Assembly (NCBI GenBank): GCA_002408565.1 | Contig: DHTA01000005.1 | Span: 108,049 to 172,048 of the forward strand | From: Patescibacteria group bacterium UBA5272 | GTDB lineage: Bacteria; Patescibacteriota; Minisyncoccia; Phycocordibacterales; UBA5272 | Length of the DNA: 64,000 bases | Direction: 5' to 3' | Part shown: one piece after another, positions 19,499 through 28,471 of the stretch | How positions within the stretch are numbered: the first letter of the stretch is position 1 | Layout of the letters: each line of letters begins with the position of its first letter | Position numbers and translations under genes: made by a program | The notes under the pieces: generated by a model | Databases searched by the model: none | Told to the model about the DNA's origin: nothing | What the model saw: the letters and a program-made list of their open reading frames with translations, nothing else

Positions 19499-19546
19499 AA
19501 TTGAGCTAGCACGAGGATATTGCTATGTGTATGCTAAAATTAATTT

Positions 19547-20854
19547 ATGAAAGAATTTGTGCCAAAGGCTAATATAGATAAAGACGGAGATAGAAAAAAT
19601 AAAGAGAGTTTAGAGGATCAAAAAATAGACTTAAAAGTTTTTATTCGAGAGATATCCAAAGAGATATCTGAGTGTGAACCAGATTCTTTAGAATTTTTTA
19701 AATTAAAAAACTCTTTTATAAAAGCCGCGCCTATATTTAGGGAAAGTATAAAAGAATATATAGAATTATCCAAAGAATATCTTTTTATCATGGATTCTGA
19801 AAAAGAAGATTATTTTAGATTGGCCGATAAATTAGACTTAATGGAAGAAGAAGATAGGGAGATATTTTTTCAGGTCTTTAGACGAGGACAGGTGTATGGG
19901 CAATTAATTGATAATATTTTAGAAAAAAAAGAATTTTATCTAAATCAAAATGAAATAGAAAGAGATAAAGAAAAGGAAGAAATAAAAGAAGCTAAAGAAG
20001 AGCTTTTAGAATTTATTTTAGAAAGATTTGGATTTTCTGAAATAGAAGTAAAAAAGCTTATCAAAAGTTGGCTCACTATAGAGGATGATGAAATTGCTCG
20101 TTGGTATGTTGCTAGAAATTTACAAAATATAAATTTTCTAGAAAATCGTGAAGTTGGCTCAGCAAAATATTTATTTGATAATTTTGGTATTAGAGGTTTC
20201 GGGAGATATGAAATTCATGAACTCAATAAACAATATAGAGAAAGAGAAAATATGGGACCATACGGAATATATTATCAGGCAGTTATGGATTGGAATGGTT
20301 CTTTTATAAACTCAGATAATTCCGAAGACTTAGGTAGAAAAATAGAAAAACAAGGTTTTCTTATGAGAATAATAGAAGCAGATGGAAAAATCGATTCAGC
20401 TAAGAGATTACTCTCTTTAAGAGACAAATATGAACAGAAAATAAAATTTATGTATGTGCACGCTCATGGCAATACAGATGTTATAGGTCTCGGAGATGAC
20501 AAGATGTCCAGCAATAGATTGTTTGAACAGAAAGACTTAAAAGGCAAAGGAGTTCAGAGAGTCAAAGATTTATTTGAAGATGATGCGGAAGTTATCTTAT
20601 CTAGTTGTCTAACCGGTGTTAAAGGTGGTCTCGCAGAAGAAATTGCAAATACTTATGGGGTGAAAGTTATAGCTGCCGATAAACCAACAGTATGTAGACC
20701 TATTTCTGTAGATATTGAAAAGACAAAAGATGGGAATAATTTAGAATTTGATATTATCTTTAATACTGTAGACCTAGAAGTTGCAGAGGAGAGAGAAGAT
20801 AAAAAAAGATCTGATTTATTAGGCACTGTTATTTATAACCCAAAAGGTAGATAA
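19547..20854 (+). CDS. Hypothetical protein with C-terminal clan CD (caspase/CHAT/DUF4347-like) His-Cys domain
   Basis: MYVHAHG...VILSSCLTG...GLAEEIA; acidic helical N-terminal half. Confidence 0.6.
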   Translation: MKEFVPKANIDKDGDRKNKESLEDQKIDLKVFIREISKEISECEPDSLEFFKLKNSFIKAAPIFRESIKEYIELSKEYLFIMDSEKEDYFRLADKLDLMEEEDREIFFQVFRRGQVYGQLIDNILEKKEFYLNQNEIERDKEKEEIKEAKEELLEFILERFGFSEIEVKKLIKSWLTIEDDEIARWYVARNLQNINFLENREVGSAKYLFDNFGIRGFGRYEIHELNKQYRERENMGPYGIYYQAVMDWNGSFINSDNSEDLGRKIEKQGFLMRIIEADGKIDSAKRLLSLRDKYEQKIKFMYVHAHGNTDVIGLGDDKMSSNRLFEQKDLKGKGVQRVKDLFEDDAEVILSSCLTGVKGGLAEEIANTYGVKVIAADKPTVCRPISVDIEKTKDGNNLEFDIIFNTVDLEVAEEREDKKRSDLLGTVIYNPKGR

Positions 20855-20873
20855 TATAAAATTAATCCCCTCT

Positions 20874-21602
20874 ATGAAAAACTTAAAGAAAAAATACATA
20901 CTTATAACACTTGCAATATTCTTATTGTTTGTTGCTGGTGTCTTTTATATATTTTATAATATACAAGAAAAAAAATCTGATACAACTAGCTCAGAATCTG
21001 TTAGTGTTTGGGATGCAGAAACAGCATCTTTCAAAAAATATGCTTCTTATTCTGAAATGGAAGAAGAAATGGAAAGTGAGAAACGAATAGATCTTGAAGA
21101 ATATAATAGGGCCATAAAAGGAACTGTCGTAGAGCAGATTCAAAATATAGAAATACCCTCATATGATAGTGATGAGCGCCTCTTCCGGTTAGAAGATGGA
21201 AAGATAGAAGTAAGATCTATGTCTCCAATGAAAGACGACTTATCTAAATATGCTTTACTCTGGTCTGCCTCTTTGGAAAAAAACCTAAGATCTTTTACTG
21301 TGGCTGATTTTAATAATGACGGATTGGAAGACGTTGCTCATATTATTGGATATACTGGTGGGGGTAGCGGGTATTTTTACTATCTCAATATTTTTATAAA
21401 TGAACAAGGTAAATTAAAATATCTTACTCAGCGTGAATTGGAAGATAGGATTATCATTAAGGGTCTGAAATATAGTGCTGGAGATTTTTTGCTAGATGTT
21501 ATTGCTCACGGAGAAGGGGAAGATTTTTTGGGATATTGTTGTCCAAATGTGCCTAAAACACTCACGTTTCAATTGCAAGACAATAAGTTGATAGAAAAAT
21601 AA
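20874..21602 (+). CDS. Membrane-anchored extracytoplasmic protein
   Basis: N-terminal TM helix; ADFNNDGLED loop, GGGSG and C-terminal CCP motifs. Confidence 0.75.
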   Translation: MKNLKKKYILITLAIFLLFVAGVFYIFYNIQEKKSDTTSSESVSVWDAETASFKKYASYSEMEEEMESEKRIDLEEYNRAIKGTVVEQIQNIEIPSYDSDERLFRLEDGKIEVRSMSPMKDDLSKYALLWSASLEKNLRSFTVADFNNDGLEDVAHIIGYTGGGSGYFYYLNIFINEQGKLKYLTQRELEDRIIIKGLKYSAGDFLLDVIAHGEGEDFLGYCCPNVPKTLTFQLQDNKLIEK

Positions 21603-21622
21603 ATTTTTTTTAAAAATAGAAT

Positions 21623-22606
21623 CTAATCCCTCACTATCACCGTAGTACCTAAAGGTGCCCATTCGTATAATTTTTGAGCGTCATCTAAAACTAAATTCAC
21701 ACAACCGTGAGACCACTGTTTACCAAATTTATCATGCCAATAAGCGCCGTGAATGGCTCCACCTTGATAAGTGAAATACATTGTCCAAGGGACTCCTGGA
21801 AGATCATAGTATTGATCTGAGATACCAGGTAAGGGTCCTTGCATATAACGAGTAGGAGTTTTTTCAAAAATATGAAAAGTGCCACGAGGGGTCGGTAAAT
21901 CATCTAGACCAGTAGAAACTAAAATTTCCATAAATAATTTTTCACCATCATAAGCGTAAAGTTTTTGTTCGCTTCGGTCTATAATTATTTTTTTCTCAGT
22001 AAGATTTTCTATTTTAGCGTCTTTCGTATATCGAGTTTTATAGCTATCAATTTCTTCTAAAAATTCGCTTGAAACATACCACTCGCTACCAGTTCTATCT
22101 GAATAACGCACCCATTCATCAAAGATTATGTGATACCATTTAATGCCATCACTTTCCGTGATTTCTCCGTCAGTTTTCAAAACCATACCATTACGCAAAG
22201 TTGTGGTTACGGGACAGTTGATGCTTGGGCAAACTCTAGCTCTCACGCAGACACCACTAAAATGAGCATCACAACTATCTATTACTTTGACATATTTTCC
22301 TTCAGAAGTGATTACGGAAGCTTTTTCAGGAATAGGAGAAGTTGTGGTGGAGGTGGTAGCGGAAATAGAGCTGCTGGTCGCCAATTCTTGGCTGTCGAGT
22401 ATAGGTTCTGTAACTTGTATAATTTCTGGATTTTGATAATAAGAGTCATTTATCTCACTATTTGAAGAAAAACTGTTTTTTGTTAAAGCGTTTGTGACTA
22501 AATAAACCAAAAGAAAAGCCAAAAAAATGGCAATAGAAATAAGTAAAACTTTTTTAATATTTGAATTAAATATTTTGTTGTAGAGTTTATTTTCTCCTTT
22601 TTTCAT
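21623..22606 (-). CDS. L,D-transpeptidase (YkuD) with SH3-like domain
   Basis: VSTG..PTPRG and AIHGAYWH..SHGCVNL; N-terminal TM helix and Ser/Thr linker. Confidence 0.93.
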   Translation of the reverse strand: MKKGENKLYNKIFNSNIKKVLLISIAIFLAFLLVYLVTNALTKNSFSSNSEINDSYYQNPEIIQVTEPILDSQELATSSSISATTSTTTSPIPEKASVITSEGKYVKVIDSCDAHFSGVCVRARVCPSINCPVTTTLRNGMVLKTDGEITESDGIKWYHIIFDEWVRYSDRTGSEWYVSSEFLEEIDSYKTRYTKDAKIENLTEKKIIIDRSEQKLYAYDGEKLFMEILVSTGLDDLPTPRGTFHIFEKTPTRYMQGPLPGISDQYYDLPGVPWTMYFTYQGGAIHGAYWHDKFGKQWSHGCVNLVLDDAQKLYEWAPLGTTVIVRD

Positions 22607-22621
22607 TTCTTTTTTATTTTT

Positions 22622-23101
22622 TTATTTTTTGATTTTATTATCCAACAAAGCAAAAATACTCCCTAACATTATACCAAAAAAATTACTTGTTAAATCGAGC
22701 CAAGTATCGTTCAAATTGTCAGCGAAAACTAAATTGGTATTAATTTGAATAATAAATTCTAAAATTTCGTTTAAAACACCTAAAAAAGTAACTACTAAAG
22801 CACTTAATAAAATAATTTGTAATTTATTGATTTCGACTTGGCTATCTTTAAAAGCTAAATAAGAAATTAACATTGCTAAAAAACCTCCAGCTATAGCATG
22901 TTGAAATCTGTTGGCTAATTCAGGATCTTTTATTAAAAAGACTATAGAAAAAATTGTCACCGAAGAGAGGGCTATTAAAATAAATGATTTTTTTTGAAGA
23001 GTTTGTTTGTTAATTTTTTTCTTCAAAACTAATTGCAGGGCATAATTTAAGATTATATATAAAAGTAAGTAAGCAATTGTAAAAAAAATTGAATAAATCA
23101 T
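22622..23101 (-). CDS. Multi-pass membrane protein (DUF2238/VanZ-like)
   Basis: Several TM helices; H...G, NEILEF and DTWLDL..N motifs. Start moved to ATG 23101 because the listed start lies inside the tRNA. Confidence 0.75.
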   Translation of the reverse strand: MIYSIFFTIAYLLLYIILNYALQLVLKKKINKQTLQKKSFILIALSSVTIFSIVFLIKDPELANRFQHAIAGGFLAMLISYLAFKDSQVEINKLQIILLSALVVTFLGVLNEILEFIIQINTNLVFADNLNDTWLDLTSNFFGIMLGSIFALLDNKIKK

Positions 23102-23113
23102 ACAAATCTTTAT

Positions 23114-23187
23114 TGGCTGCCAGACCTGGAATCGAACCAAGATTCACAGCTTCAAAGGCTGCTGTCCTACCATTAGACGATCTGGCA
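23114..23187 (-). tRNA. tRNA-Gln (TTG)
   Basis: Minus strand TGCCAGA/TCTGGCA acceptor; GCAGC-CTTTGAA-GCTGT anticodon arm; T-loop TTCGATT; CCA encoded; TTGAAT-17-TATATT promoter. Confidence 0.95.
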
Positions 23188-23242
23188 ATAGATAAAATAT
23201 AACACAAAGAAAGAGGGAATTCAATTTTTATTTAAAAATATA

Positions 23243-23306
23243 TAAAAAGTAAAAGCTCTGACCGAAGTCGGAGCTTTTACAGCGTTGCGATACGAATACC
23301 ACAACA
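23243..23306 (-). ncRNA. Candidate small RNA (~64 nt) of two UUCG hairpins
   Basis: GUUGUGGUA-UUCG-UAUCGCAAC, then GUAAAAGCUCCGAC-UUCG-GUCAGAGCUUUUAC and a U-tract. Directly downstream of a consensus promoter. Confidence 0.6.
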
Positions 23307-23311
23307 GTACT

Positions 23312-23340
23312 AATATAACATAAACGAAAATAAAATGCAA
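23312..23340 (-). promoter_or_regulatory. sigma70 promoter of the candidate sRNA
   Basis: TTGCAT, 17 nt spacer, TATATT, with TG extension. Confidence 0.65.
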
Positions 23341-23514
23341 GTCTTTTGAAATTATTTTCAGAAAAAAGATAATTTGTCAAATTTTTTATATTCTGCCACA
23401 AAAAAATATTTTTACTAGTTGATTTTGTTTTTAACTTTAGGCTATAATTGAAAAAACGTTTACTAAGTTTTTAGTTTCTTTTATTAAAATAATTAATTTA
23501 AAAAACACAAAGAT

Positions 23515-23745
23515 ATGACATTCATAAATGAAAATCCTATTAGAACTCCTGTAAATAATACTGAAAAAATTTTCTCTCTAAGAGATGTGCCAAAGAATGT
23601 CATAGAGAAAGCTAATACTAAATTAGAATCTTTAACTAAAAACGAAAAAGCTAAATTAGAATCTTATGGAAGTTACGGAAAAATAATACAAATGATGAGT
23701 AAAGCCTCTATTTATCGAATGGATTTTGCCCCAGCTAGAGCTTGA
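23515..23745 (+). CDS. Hypothetical protein (76 aa)
   Basis: ORF with upstream TATAAT. Internal 15-bp direct repeat CTAAATTAGAATCTT at 23618 and 23651. Confidence 0.6.
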   Translation: MTFINENPIRTPVNNTEKIFSLRDVPKNVIEKANTKLESLTKNEKAKLESYGSYGKIIQMMSKASIYRMDFAPARA

Positions 23746-23750
23746 CATGT

Positions 23751-23759
23751 TGTGGATAA
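23751..23759. promoter_or_regulatory. DnaA box
   Basis: Exact TGTGGATAA in an intergenic gap. Confidence 0.5.
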
Positions 23760-23816
23760 AAAATAGGAGCTTTTCTAATGCGTGATATTATAAATATATA
23801 AAAAGTATATAAAAGT

Positions 23817-24137
23817 ATGGATGATGAAATGATCAATGAGAATCGCGATTTGAACGTCGAGATCAAAAATATCTTATACAAATCCAATCTTTCTTTTGAC
23901 GAGACAAGAGCTTTTTTCGATGGTCTACAATATTTGCCAGACGAAGATAAGACTCAATTTATAGAAATTCTTTCTGAAGAGCCAGAATTGATTTATCCTC
24001 TTTATATCAATTTTAAAGCTAAGCTAAAAGCTTTAGAGGCTGAAGATCCAGAAAAAGAATGGGAACAAATTGTGGAAGACGAGCTTGCACAATTGGACGA
24101 ATATTTAGACAAAAAAGGAGGGAAAAACGATAATTAA
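23817..24137 (+). CDS. Hypothetical acidic helical protein
   Basis: 106-aa ORF in an operon-like run. Confidence 0.75.
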   Translation: MDDEMINENRDLNVEIKNILYKSNLSFDETRAFFDGLQYLPDEDKTQFIEILSEEPELIYPLYINFKAKLKALEAEDPEKEWEQIVEDELAQLDEYLDKKGGKNDN

Positions 24138-24140
24138 TTT

Positions 24141-24326
24141 ATGGCTAGTGTCGCAAGAATCTTATTAATTATAGGAGGAATAAATTGGGGTCTGGTAGGC
24201 CTTGGTTATTTTTTGGATAAAAAATTAAATTTTATAGATTTGTTTTCTGCTTATCATATCGATTTGCCAGCTATAATTTATTGTGTAATGGGAGCTGCAG
24301 GCATTTGGTTAATTTTTAAAAGATAA
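24141..24326 (+). CDS. DUF378 family small membrane protein
   Basis: LLIIGGINWGLVG...IIYCVMGAA. Confidence 0.85.
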   Translation: MASVARILLIIGGINWGLVGLGYFLDKKLNFIDLFSAYHIDLPAIIYCVMGAAGIWLIFKR

Positions 24327-24327
24327 T

Positions 24328-24996
24328 ATGGTATCTCTTAGTGATCTTCCGCAACCAGCAAAAAATATTGCTAGAATAGTTTTCCTTATTATAGTTATTG
24401 CTATTTTTGTGGCTATTTTCCAATTTGGAAAAGAATATTTGATTTCCAAAGGATATTTGTCATCAACTAATATTCCCAGAAAAGCTTTTATTCAAGATTT
24501 AAAATTTGATTACAAAATAATTAGAGTAGTAGACGGCGACACTTTGGAAATAAAAAGGTTGGACGGTAAAGCTGTTGAAGATGTTGAGAAAGTGATGAAG
24601 GTGAGATTAATAGGCATCAATTCTCCAGAATTAGTGGATCCTAGAAGGCCTGTAGAATGTTTTGGTAAGGAAGCTAGTGCTTACATGAAAAATGTCGCAG
24701 AGGGGAGAGTGGCAGCTTTAGAATTTGATTTTACTCAAAATAAATTTGATGACTATGGAAGACTTTTGGCTTACATTTTTGTAAAAGATTCTGGTTTGGC
24801 AGATAATAATGTTCGCTTCTTAAATGAAGAGATGATTAAAGAAGGTTATGCTTATGAATATACTTATAACTATCCTTACAAATATCAAGCTCAATTTAAG
24901 TTGTTAGAAAACACCGCTAGAATAAATTATGTCGGTCTTTGGTCTACCAATACTTGTAGTGGCTTAAAAACACCAGTAGGCTCGCCAGCGAATTAA
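24328..24996 (+). CDS. Membrane-anchored thermonuclease (SNase)
   Basis: RVVDGDT, VRLIGINSPE, DDYGRLLAY, GYA, GLW. Confidence 0.93.
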   Translation: MVSLSDLPQPAKNIARIVFLIIVIAIFVAIFQFGKEYLISKGYLSSTNIPRKAFIQDLKFDYKIIRVVDGDTLEIKRLDGKAVEDVEKVMKVRLIGINSPELVDPRRPVECFGKEASAYMKNVAEGRVAALEFDFTQNKFDDYGRLLAYIFVKDSGLADNNVRFLNEEMIKEGYAYEYTYNYPYKYQAQFKLLENTARINYVGLWSTNTCSGLKTPVGSPAN

Positions 24997-25033
24997 TTTT
25001 TACTGCCGTTTTTCGATGCTATAATTATTTTAT

Positions 25034-25753
25034 ATGAAAAACTTTTTTGCTTTGATGTGGAGAAAAGGCTGGAAATTTATTTTAATTTTAATAATTATTT
25101 GGCTAATTTATTTTTTAATCACTTTCTTTTATCCTAAAGCTTTTGATTTTGTTAGAAATAAACAAATAGAAAATCCTCAAACTTCCGAGTCTTCAAATTT
25201 GGAAACAAAACCTCCTTTAAGATTAAGAATCTATAACACTCTTTTCAATAATCCCGTTTTAAAAGGTTTGACTGGACGCAACAACGCTAGCGGTACTGAA
25301 ATCTCTACAAAAAATAAAGAGCCTTATATTTGGGGATCTGAAGCTGGTTCTGCGCAAAGAAATAAAAACTTTCTAAAAGCTGAAGACCTATATGTTTTTC
25401 CAAATACTAAAGTTAATGCCGTAGCTCAAAATTTTCGTTTTGACGACGTTTTGGTTAAAGAAAATAGTGAAAATATTTTAAAAGACGGTACAATTATTAC
25501 TGGAGAAATCAATACTCATTATCTTTCTACTCCATTTTTTACAATTGATATTTATGATGCAGAAGGTGCTTTTTTATACGCGATTTCAGCTAGTGGAAGA
25601 ATTTTAGAAGATAATGAAAATCTTATAGCCTTTTCAGCTACCAATATAGCTTCCTATAATTTCTCACAATACAAAGGGGAGGGTTTTTTAGTAATTTGGA
25701 CAGACAATTTAGATGTAGAAAGTGTTTTAATTAGCCAAATAACTATTGAATAA
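25034..25753 (+). CDS. Hypothetical membrane-anchored protein
   Basis: N-terminal TM helix and a beta-rich C-terminus. Confidence 0.75.
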   Translation: MKNFFALMWRKGWKFILILIIIWLIYFLITFFYPKAFDFVRNKQIENPQTSESSNLETKPPLRLRIYNTLFNNPVLKGLTGRNNASGTEISTKNKEPYIWGSEAGSAQRNKNFLKAEDLYVFPNTKVNAVAQNFRFDDVLVKENSENILKDGTIITGEINTHYLSTPFFTIDIYDAEGAFLYAISASGRILEDNENLIAFSATNIASYNFSQYKGEGFLVIWTDNLDVESVLISQITIE

Positions 25754-25773
25754 TTTTAAGAAAGATTTTCCTC

Positions 25774-26361
25774 TTAGTCTTCGTCTTGCTCTTTTTGAGA
25801 TTCGTAAAAATTTCTTGGAGGGTTAGCATTATATTCTTCTGCTTTTACTTTAGCTTTATATTCTTGTTTAATTTCTTCTCTTAAATTACTTAGCTCTTTA
25901 TAAGAAGCTTTTTTATTTATTTTATTAAAATAAGTCTTAGCTAAAACTTCAGCTGAAAAAGCTACCCACCAATCCCAATCATCTTTTCTTAAATAATGTT
26001 CATAATAATTTGAATTTATTTGTTCGGTAATAAAAGATTCGTCCATCATTTCTTTTAATTCTTCTAAGATTTTCAGTTTTTCTTCTTTAAGGTTTTCTTT
26101 GTTTTCTCTTCTTTTTTCTCTTTCAAATTCCTCCCAGTCTTTCACCATTTGCCATTCTCTTTTTAAAGCTTCTTTTTCTTTAATTTCATGTTCTTTGGCA
26201 AAATATTTTTCCAAAGTTTCCCGAAGTTCATCTTTTAATTCAGTTCTAGCTTTAGGCAATTCAGAATCTACTATTTCTTCAATAGAAAAATGAGAAGGAT
26301 ATTTCTCTACTATTTTCTCAGGGTTTATTTTAGGTCTTGACGCTCTAAAACCTTCTAACAT
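25774..26361 (-). CDS. Hypothetical charged helical protein
   Basis: 195-aa ORF starting 3 nt after the YqeY gene. Confidence 0.7.
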   Translation of the reverse strand: MLEGFRASRPKINPEKIVEKYPSHFSIEEIVDSELPKARTELKDELRETLEKYFAKEHEIKEKEALKREWQMVKDWEEFEREKRRENKENLKEEKLKILEELKEMMDESFITEQINSNYYEHYLRKDDWDWWVAFSAEVLAKTYFNKINKKASYKELSNLREEIKQEYKAKVKAEEYNANPPRNFYESQKEQDED

Positions 26362-26364
26362 AAA

Positions 26365-26811
26365 TTATTTAATTAATTCGTCTATAGCTTCTTTTACCAA
26401 AGCTCCATCAGCAGAATCTCCAAGCTCTTTTAGCATTAAGCCAACGAATTGTCCTTTTTTAGAAGAATCAATTGGATCAGTAGCCAATTTAGCAGAAACC
26501 TTTGCTAAGATTTCTTCTTTAGACATTTGAGTTGGTAAGAATTCTTCAATGATTTTAGCTTCAGCCAATTCTCCTTCAACCAATTCTGGTCTTCCAGCGG
26601 TAGTAAATTGTTCAATGGCGTCTTTTCTTTTCTTTAATTCTCTTTTTAAAACCTTCAAAACTTCAGCGTCTTCTAAAGTGTCGGTAGGGAGTTTTTGCAT
26701 ATAAACGAGTTCGTTGGTAAGAGCGGCCGAAAGCATACGAAGCACTCCTAATCTTTCCATCTTTTTATCCATCATGGCTTGTTTAAGTTCAGCTTTAATT
26801 TTTTCTTGCAT
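26365..26811 (-). CDS. GatB/YqeY domain protein
   Basis: LKQAM..LRML..KKRKDAIEQF..AGR.EL...E..I...LP.QMS. Confidence 0.9.
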   Translation of the reverse strand: MQEKIKAELKQAMMDKKMERLGVLRMLSAALTNELVYMQKLPTDTLEDAEVLKVLKRELKKRKDAIEQFTTAGRPELVEGELAEAKIIEEFLPTQMSKEEILAKVSAKLATDPIDSSKKGQFVGLMLKELGDSADGALVKEAIDELIK

Positions 26812-26918
26812 ATTTTTATTTTCTAGTTATTTTTAAGTTTTATTTTTAAATTATATCACAAAAATAAGATTTTATTTGCTTTATTTAGACAGCTTTCTTT
26901 ATGATATAATCTCTAAAT

Positions 26919-28019
26919 ATGGATACTTTGACTATTTTTTTATTTTCTTTTGTGGTGGTTTTATTGTTGGCTTTAGTGATAGTCTTTTTTCTTTTAAATA
27001 AAAAATTAAAAGAGAAAGACAGTAGGGGAGAAATGTTAGTTTTGGCAGAAACTATGAAAGCTTTAAAAGAAGATATAAAGACAGATATTCGCGAAACTCG
27101 TCGTGAACTTGATCAAAAAATCTCTTTTGGGCAAAAAGAAAGTAATGAAAATGTAAAATATCAATTTGAGGCTTCTCAAAAATTGATTAAAGATATAAAT
27201 GAGCATTTAGGAAAGGTTAGTGAAAGTAACAAACAAGTAGTCAGTATGACTGAGCAACTTTCTAATTTGGAAAAAGTTTTAACCAATCAAAAACAAAGAG
27301 GAAATTGGGGAGAGGGATCTCTACAATTAATTCTTTCAAATTTTTTACCAACAGGAGTTTATCAAATGCAATATTATTACAAAAATGGAGAGGTGGTAGA
27401 TGCGGTAATCTTTATTAAAGATAAAATCTTGCCAATCGATTCCAAATTTTCTATAGACAATTACACTCGCTCTTTGGATGCTCAAAATGAAGAAGATAAA
27501 AAATACTTTGGTGAAGAATTTAAAAAAGACATTAAAAAAAGAGTTGATGAGACTTCTAAATATGTGGACGAGATAAAGGAAAACACTTTGCCATTTGCTT
27601 TTATGTTTTTACCTAGTGAATCAATTTACTATGATTTAAATGCTGGAGACAATGGAAATTTGAAAGTCAACACCCAAAAACTTTTAGATTATGCTCAATC
27701 TAAAAAAGTGATTTTTGTTTCTCCTACTTCTATTTTGGCTTATTTGCATTTAGTGATTTCTGGCATTAAAGACGGCAAGATTGAAGAAAACGCTAGAGAA
27801 ATTAAAAAAAAAGTGGAAGAGTTGGGTAAACATATGCAAAAATATGAAGAGTATGTGCAAAAGCTTGGCAATTCTTTAAATACTACAGTTAACCATTACA
27901 ACGCTTCCTATAAAGAGCTTAAAAAAATAGATAAAGACGTTTACAAAATTACAGACGGTGCTAGCGATATGACCATAGAGCCAACGCTTTTAGATAAGGT
28001 AAATCTTGAAGAGGAATAG
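26919..28019 (+). CDS. rmuC: DNA recombination protein RmuC
   Basis: N-terminal TM helix and coiled coil; KQRGNWGE, IDSKF, MFLPSE and SPT motifs. Confidence 0.93.
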   Translation: MDTLTIFLFSFVVVLLLALVIVFFLLNKKLKEKDSRGEMLVLAETMKALKEDIKTDIRETRRELDQKISFGQKESNENVKYQFEASQKLIKDINEHLGKVSESNKQVVSMTEQLSNLEKVLTNQKQRGNWGEGSLQLILSNFLPTGVYQMQYYYKNGEVVDAVIFIKDKILPIDSKFSIDNYTRSLDAQNEEDKKYFGEEFKKDIKKRVDETSKYVDEIKENTLPFAFMFLPSESIYYDLNAGDNGNLKVNTQKLLDYAQSKKVIFVSPTSILAYLHLVISGIKDGKIEENAREIKKKVEELGKHMQKYEEYVQKLGNSLNTTVNHYNASYKELKKIDKDVYKITDGASDMTIEPTLLDKVNLEEE

Positions 28020-28102
28020 GTTTTTTATTTGCAAAAATAAGGATTTTGTGATAATATTTCTTTATTAAAAAATCTAAGATTTTATTAAAATTATTGAAAT
28101 TT

Positions 28103-28420
28103 ATGACCAATTTTGCAGTTATTCAAACAGGAGGAAAACAGTATAAAGTTTCCGAAGGATTAAAACTAAAAATAGAAAAAATTATTGGAGACTATAAAGT
28201 AGGCGACAAGCTTTCTTTTGAAAATGTACTTCTTGTGGTCAATGGAGACGATGTAAAAGTCGGAACTCCTTTTGTTTCTGGAGTGAAAGTGGAGGCAGAA
28301 ATCACAGATATTGCTAGATACAAAACTGTAGAAGTCATAAAATATAAAGCAAAAGCTAATTATTACAAGAAAAATGGACATAGACAACCATATTTTGAAG
28401 TTAAAGTATTAGCTATCTAA
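28103..28420 (+). CDS. rplU: 50S ribosomal protein L21
   Basis: AVIQTGGKQYKV..GHRQPY. Confidence 0.97.
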   Translation: MTNFAVIQTGGKQYKVSEGLKLKIEKIIGDYKVGDKLSFENVLLVVNGDDVKVGTPFVSGVKVEAEITDIARYKTVEVIKYKAKANYYKKNGHRQPYFEVKVLAI

Positions 28421-28433
28421 TCCAAAACTAAAC

Positions 28434-28469
28434 AAAATAAAAACCTGAAATATTTCAGGTTTTTATTTT
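28434..28469. terminator. Bidirectional terminator between rplU and recR
   Basis: Perfect 36-bp palindrome AAAATAAAAACCTGAAAT/ATTTCAGGTTTTTATTTT. Confidence 0.85.
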
Positions 28470-28471
28470 TA

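Noticed and set aside
19506-19540. TAGCA..TGCTA resembling CIRCE
   Set aside because: Spacing and inner arms do not fit TTAGCACTC-N9-GAGTGCTAA, and it is downstream of the chaperone operon.
23010-23207. 65-aa ORF, and the extended start of 22622-23140
   Set aside because: Both overlap tRNA-Gln(TTG).
23440-23800. Possible tmRNA because of the FAPARA* ending
   Set aside because: No tRNA-like ends (5' GGGG, T-arm, CCA) around it.
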